The notes beneath the pieces were generated by a model. The model was not told where the DNA came from. It ran no database searches and saw nothing but the letters and a program-made list of their open reading frames with translations. Source: an uncultured Acidobacteriota bacterium (GTDB lineage Bacteria > Acidobacteriota > Polarisedimenticolia > J045). From it: 64,000 nt of DNA. Positions 59,417-64,000 of this stretch are shown piece by piece. The DNA is taken from assembly GCA_963702425.1 (NCBI GenBank), contig CAVPCQ010000015.1:1-64000 (forward strand), written 5' to 3'. The stretch's first letter is position 1, and each line of letters opens with the position of its first letter. Made by a program: the position numbers and the translations under genes.

Positions 59417-60417
59417 GCGGGGTTCACCGGGGGAGGCAGGGGGGGAAGCTCGTCATCGTAGTCTACCGTCTCCTGCCGCTCCCGTTCGTCCCACTCCGCC
59501 AGCCGCCGCCGCCGCCGCGCGCGCCCGATCACGACCGCGACGAGCGCCAGGACGCCCAGCAGGCCGTTGAAGGAGAGCGCGGCCCAGAAGGCGGGACGAA
59601 CCAGGTAGCGCCAGCGGGCTTCGCGGTACCAGAGCGAGGCGAGGACCTCCGGGTCGAGGCCGTAGGCGATCGTGAAGGCGCGGTCGAACGGTTCGCCCGC
59701 GCGAAGCCGCGTGACGAGCCGTCGTGCGCCGCCCGGCGGGGCGGTCCGCTCGGCCATCGTGACCATCGAGAGCGCCTGGGCATAGGCCGCGCGCGCGTCG
59801 GCCTCGCCGACCGGCCAGTCGTCCTCCAGCGCGAGCAACGGCAGCGGCCGGCTCCAGGCCAGGGACCACGCCAGCTCCAGCGCGTCCTCGAGCGACGTCG
59901 CGCGCTCCGAGGACAGCGCCAGCCCCTCGTGGTACCAGCGGGGGATCCGCACGCCCCGCGGCACGCTGGCCTCCAGCAGAACGTGCGTGACCTCATGCGC
60001 CAGGAGCCCGTTCGTGTCGCGATGAGGGTAGGCCGCGGCCTGGCGCACGAAGAGCACGATCCTCCCGCTCGACGCCTCGGCGATCCCGGCCGCCCACGGC
60101 GGGACGCCGCTGAGGCCGAGGCGCTGCTCGTCGGCTGCGGAGCGCGGCGGGTCGCCGGTGACGACGATCAGCATCTCCGGCGGCGGCGGCAGGTCGAGCC
60201 GCGCGGCGACCTGCGCCACGACCGCCGGCGCGGCGCGCGCGATCTGCCGGGAGACGGCTTCCCACGCCGGCGCGGCGGCAACGACGCGCACCGCCGGGAC
60301 GGGGTGGTCCTCGGGGACGCCGAGCGCACCCTCGGGAGGGGTGGCCGGCGCGAGCGGGGCGACCAGCAGGGCCAGCGCGGCGAGCGCCGCCCGCAGCGGG
60401 AACGCCGAGGCCGTCAC
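59413..60417 (-). CDS. Peptidase MA-clan (gluzincin-like) protein with signal peptide and C-terminal TM anchor
   Basis: PPWAAGIA, HEVTH, PRWYHEGLA and AYAQA; TM followed by RARRRRR. Confidence 0.82.
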
Positions 60418-60424
60418 GAAGCTC

Positions 60425-61858
60425 TCACCCGAGCAGGCGCGCGAGCGTGTCGTTGACCAGGCCGGGATGGGCCTGCCCCGCCGTGCGCTTCATCACCTCG
60501 CCGACGAAGAAGCCGAGCAGGCCACGCTTGCCGGCGCGGTACCCCGCCGCCTCCCTCGGGTGGGCGTCGATCACCTCCCGGCAGAGCGCTGCGATCACCC
60601 CGGCGTCGCTGAGCTGGGACAGGCCGCATGCCCGGACGACCGCCTCGGGGTCGCCCTCCCCGGCGGCCACCCGGGCGAGGACCTCCTTCGCGGTCTTCCC
60701 GGAGATCGTGCCGCGGCCGATGAGGCGGATCAGCTGCGCCAGCGCCGCCGCCGAGACGGGGCTGGCCTCCAGCGGGAGCCCCCGCTCGTTCAGCAGGCCG
60801 AGCAGCTCGGTCAGGACCCAGTTCCCGGCCGCGCGCGGGTCCTCCGCGCGGCGCGCCACCTCCTCGAAGAAATCGGCCACCCTCGGCTCGATCGTCAGCC
60901 GGTGGGCGTCGGCCTCGGACAGGCCCAGCGCGGTTACGAAGCGGTCGCGTCGCGCATGCGGCAGCTCGGGCAGCGCCTCGAGCGCGTCGGCCATGAGCGC
61001 GTCGTCGAGCGCGAGCGCCGGGAGGTCCGGCTCCGGGAAGTAGCGGTAGTCGTGAGCCTCTTCCTTGGTGCGCATCGGGCGGGTGCGGCCCATGGCGTCG
61101 TCCCACAGCCTCGTCTCGAACACGACCGCCGTTCCCGCCGCGATCGCCTCGCCCTGCCGCTCGATCTCGTGGTGCAGCGCGCGCCGAACGTTGCGGAACG
61201 AGTTCAGGTTCTTGATCTCGACCCGCGCCCCCCATGGCTCCCCCTCGCGGTGGACCGAGACGTTCACGTCGCAGCGCAGGTCGCCCTCTTCCATCTCGGC
61301 ATTCGACACACCGGTCGTGCGCAGGATCGACTTCAAACGCTCGAGGTAGAGGACCGCCTCGTCCGGCGACGCGAGTTCGGGCGCGCCGACGATCTCCACC
61401 AGCGGCACCCCGCAGCGGTTGAGGTCGATCCCGGAGACGCCCTCGCCGAGACCCTCGTGCACCGATTTCCCGGCGTCCTCCTCGAGGTGGACGCGCTCGA
61501 TCCCGATCCAGCGCGGCGCGGCGCCGGGCGGCTCGATGCGGATCCGGCCCCCGGTCGCGAGCGGCCGATCGAACTGGCTGATCTGGTACCCCTTCGGCAG
61601 GTCGGGGTAGAAGTAGTTCTTGCGCGCCCAGACCGAGACGGTGTGGATCTCGGCGCCCAGCGCCCACGCGAGCCGGGCCGCCAGGCGGACCGCCTCGCGG
61701 TTGGCCGTCGGCAGCGCGCCGGGGAGGCCGAGGCAGACCGGGCAGACGCGGCTGTTGGGCGCGCCGCCCGACTCCGCGAGGCAGCCGCAGAACAGCTTGG
61801 TCCGGGTCTCGAGCTGGGCGTGGACCTCGAGCCCGATGACGGCGCGAACCGGCTCCAC
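60425..61858 (-). CDS. gatB: Asp/Glu-tRNA amidotransferase subunit B
   Basis: IGLEVHAQL, RKNYFYPDLPKGYQISQ, HLEEDAGK, NRCGVPLVEIV and DYRYFPEPDL. Confidence 0.98.
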   Translation of the reverse strand: MEPVRAVIGLEVHAQLETRTKLFCGCLAESGGAPNSRVCPVCLGLPGALPTANREAVRLAARLAWALGAEIHTVSVWARKNYFYPDLPKGYQISQFDRPLATGGRIRIEPPGAAPRWIGIERVHLEEDAGKSVHEGLGEGVSGIDLNRCGVPLVEIVGAPELASPDEAVLYLERLKSILRTTGVSNAEMEEGDLRCDVNVSVHREGEPWGARVEIKNLNSFRNVRRALHHEIERQGEAIAAGTAVVFETRLWDDAMGRTRPMRTKEEAHDYRYFPEPDLPALALDDALMADALEALPELPHARRDRFVTALGLSEADAHRLTIEPRVADFFEEVARRAEDPRAAGNWVLTELLGLLNERGLPLEASPVSAAALAQLIRLIGRGTISGKTAKEVLARVAAGEGDPEAVVRACGLSQLSDAGVIAALCREVIDAHPREAAGYRAGKRGLLGFFVGEVMKRTAGQAHPGLVNDTLARLLG

Positions 61859-62015
61859 GAACGGGCCTCCGGCGGCGGCGAACGGCGCGGGGCAGCCGCC
61901 TCGAAGGATCGTAGCATTGTGGTTGCGGCGCGTCCCGGCGGGTGGCTAAATGCGGCTCCGGCGGGCTCCCCGTGCCGCCGTCCACGACGGGCGTAACCCG
62001 TACCGAGGTGACCCG

Positions 62016-64000
62016 ATGAAGCGCGCCCTGCTCCTCGTCGCCCTGCTGGCCCTGGCGTTCCCCGCCCTGGCCGCCGATAGCCCCTCCCTTTCCCTGCTCC
62101 CCTGGGACGACACGGCTGCCCGCGACGTGCGCGGCGGCGTGCGCAGCGCGCTGGGGAAAGAGAAGACTGAACTCGAGAAACAGAAGAACGCCAAGGGCAA
62201 GACCTTCGTTCGCGTGTTCACGAGCGAGGGAATCGAGTTCATCGACGGCAAGCCCGCGTCCTACGTCACCGTCCAGCGCTGCCTCGACGACAAGATGGTG
62301 ACCGAGAAGTGGCTCTACACGTTCAACAAACAGGGTGCGGATTTCGTGGTCGCCGACCGGAAGAAGGTCTCCGAGATCGACGACTCGTTCCCCGTGAAGA
62401 TCGAGACCGCCGACGCCGCGCGCCCGGCGACCGCGTTCGCCTTCGACCACGACCTGCTCAAGCTCACCGGCGACGCCGGCGGAAGCTACACGATCGTGCG
62501 CATCGGCGACAAGCCGACCTCGATCCTGTGGGCCGGCAAGGGGCGGATGACGCTCGCCCCGGTGAACGACCTCGAGCGGCTCTATTTCGAGCGGCAGATC
62601 GACACCGCGTCGATCGACACCGAGATCGAAGCGGTGCAGTTCGATTTCCAGCCGAGCGATCCGAAATTCCTCGCGCTCGTCGGATTCAAACCCGAGGACC
62701 TCAAGGGCGGCAAGGGCGTGGAAGGGCCGCAGCGCGCCGCGCTACAGGACATGATCGCCAAGCTCAAGGCCACGGAGCAGGAGGAGTACTCGCCCTACAC
62801 CTACAGCTCGATGCCGCGGCCCGAGTACGCGGGCACCTATTCGTTGCGCATCAAGACGAAGAATCACGGCTGGCTGAACTACAACTACGCCTCCCAGCCG
62901 CAGGTCCCCCAGTTCCAGGTCTACGTCGTGAAGGAGGGCGGCTCCCTCTCGGTGTCGCGCGACACCCGCGGCGGGAACGAGAAGCTGATCACCGCCTATC
63001 CCGGGGCCGAGCTGCGCGCGATGCCTCCGGTGCAGATGGAACACATCCGCGGCCTGCGCGAGGCGGCGCCGCTGCGGTACGACGCGATGTTCGACCTGGC
63101 GCCGGACAAGTTCTCGGCCCAGGTCGAGGTCGACCTGCAGCTGCTGATGAGCACGAAGGACCTGTACTTCTACCTGCTCGGCAATCCCAGCGTGCGGTCG
63201 GTTCGGCTCGAAGGGACGGGCGAACTGATGTTCGTCCCCTCGCTGTCGTGGGCCTCCAAGCGCTTCGGCTTCGAGGAGACGGCGAACACCTACCGCGTGG
63301 TCCTGCCGGAAGAGATGCCGGCCGGCACGATCCTGCGGCTGAACGTCGCGTTCGACAGCCCGAAGCTGGTCCGGATGATCAGCGACGGCTTCTGGTACGT
63401 CGAGCGGGCCGCCTTCCTGCCGTTCATGGGCACGCTGGACGACGCCGCCGCGGTCCGGTTCGTCGTGCGCACCAAGGACCCCTACACCCACATTTCGATC
63501 GGGAGCAAGCAGAGCGAGGAAGTCGTCGGCGGGTACCGCTACACCGAGTGGGGTTCCGACCGGATGATGAACTTCCCGACCATCATCGTCGGCAAGTACT
63601 ACAAGCCGATCGTCCAGGAGGCCGACGGGGTCCGGATCACGGGCTATCAGACCAGTACCGGCATGGGCGACGGCTCGATGGACCAGGACGCGATGCGGCC
63701 GCAGGTTATCCAGGCGGCCGACAGCATGCGCCTGTACACGAAGCTCTACGGCCTCCCCTACCCCTTCAAGGACCTCAAGCTGGTCGGGACCCCGGCCCAG
63801 TTCATGTCGGCTCAATCGCCGACCTCGATCATCTACGTCGGCGCTGGTGTGATGATGAAGGAGGCCGAGCTGATGACCTGGGGCCGCGAGATGTTCGGCC
63901 CCAACTTCGATCCGATGTGGGTGCGCGCGGTCACGGCCCACGAGAACGCCCACCAGTGGTGGGGCGGCCGCGTTTCGTCGATCAACTTCGGTAGCTACTG
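62016..64000 (+). CDS. Secreted M1-family-like metallopeptidase (partial; runs off the window)
   Basis: GAGG then ATG 62016; signal peptide MKRALLLVALLALAFPALA; in-frame YPFKDL and HENAHQWWG (His codon at 63939). It is absent from the ORF track because there is no stop in the window. Confidence 0.85.
   Translation, partial: MKRALLLVALLALAFPALAADSPSLSLLPWDDTAARDVRGGVRSALGKEKTELEKQKNAKGKTFVRVFTSEGIEFIDGKPASYVTVQRCLDDKMVTEKWLYTFNKQGADFVVADRKKVSEIDDSFPVKIETADAARPATAFAFDHDLLKLTGDAGGSYTIVRIGDKPTSILWAGKGRMTLAPVNDLERLYFERQIDTASIDTEIEAVQFDFQPSDPKFLALVGFKPEDLKGGKGVEGPQRAALQDMIAKLKATEQEEYSPYTYSSMPRPEYAGTYSLRIKTKNHGWLNYNYASQPQVPQFQVYVVKEGGSLSVSRDTRGGNEKLITAYPGAELRAMPPVQMEHIRGLREAAPLRYDAMFDLAPDKFSAQVEVDLQLLMSTKDLYFYLLGNPSVRSVRLEGTGELMFVPSLSWASKRFGFEETANTYRVVLPEEMPAGTILRLNVAFDSPKLVRMISDGFWYVERAAFLPFMGTLDDAAAVRFVVRTKDPYTHISIGSKQSEEVVGGYRYTEWGSDRMMNFPTIIVGKYYKPIVQEADGVRITGYQTSTGMGDGSMDQDAMRPQVIQAADSMRLYTKLYGLPYPFKDLKLVGTPAQFMSAQSPTSIIYVGAGVMMKEAELMTWGREMFGPNFDPMWVRAVTAHENAHQWWGGRVSSINFGSY

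Overview
A GC-rich, gene-dense bacterial chromosome segment of about 50 CDS. The gene content suggests Acidobacteriota (inference from the acidobacterial-type VWA protein, many exported M1 peptidases and outer-membrane barrels). I found no rRNA, tRNA, transposase, integrase or CRISPR-cas. Energy and metabolic genes: the 3' part of a Hyb-type (group 1c) [NiFe]-hydrogenase operon (hybA'-hybB-hybC-hybD plus a small membrane gene), cydAB, phosphoketolase, a YitJ-type HMT/MTHFR fusion, and ALDH, SDR, AKR, ADH and acyl-CoA synthetase. Proteolysis and envelope genes: five gluzincin-type peptidase domains, a prolyl oligopeptidase, two POT transporters, three cyclophilin-fold proteins and gatB-peptidase-ftsEX. 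GTAG-type REP palindromes occur at three sites. About 14 small indels split otherwise intact genes, including ftsX, and are most likely sequencing or assembly errors. Best leads: (1) three unrelated exported proteins carry a shared C-terminal beta-sandwich tail, two ending in Cys-Pro and one apparently circularly permuted, a candidate sorting domain; (2) a five-gene envelope operon (TPR, CsgG/TolB_N-like protein, metallopeptidase-propeller-Omp85 fusion, GT-C glycosyltransferase, membrane protein), a candidate export, processing and glyco-anchoring system; (3) several apparent pseudoenzymes (deoxyhypusine synthase-like, cyclophilin, MTHFR domain, cupredoxin); (4) a leaderless-promoter signature. 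All family calls come from motif recognition by eye; no searches were run.
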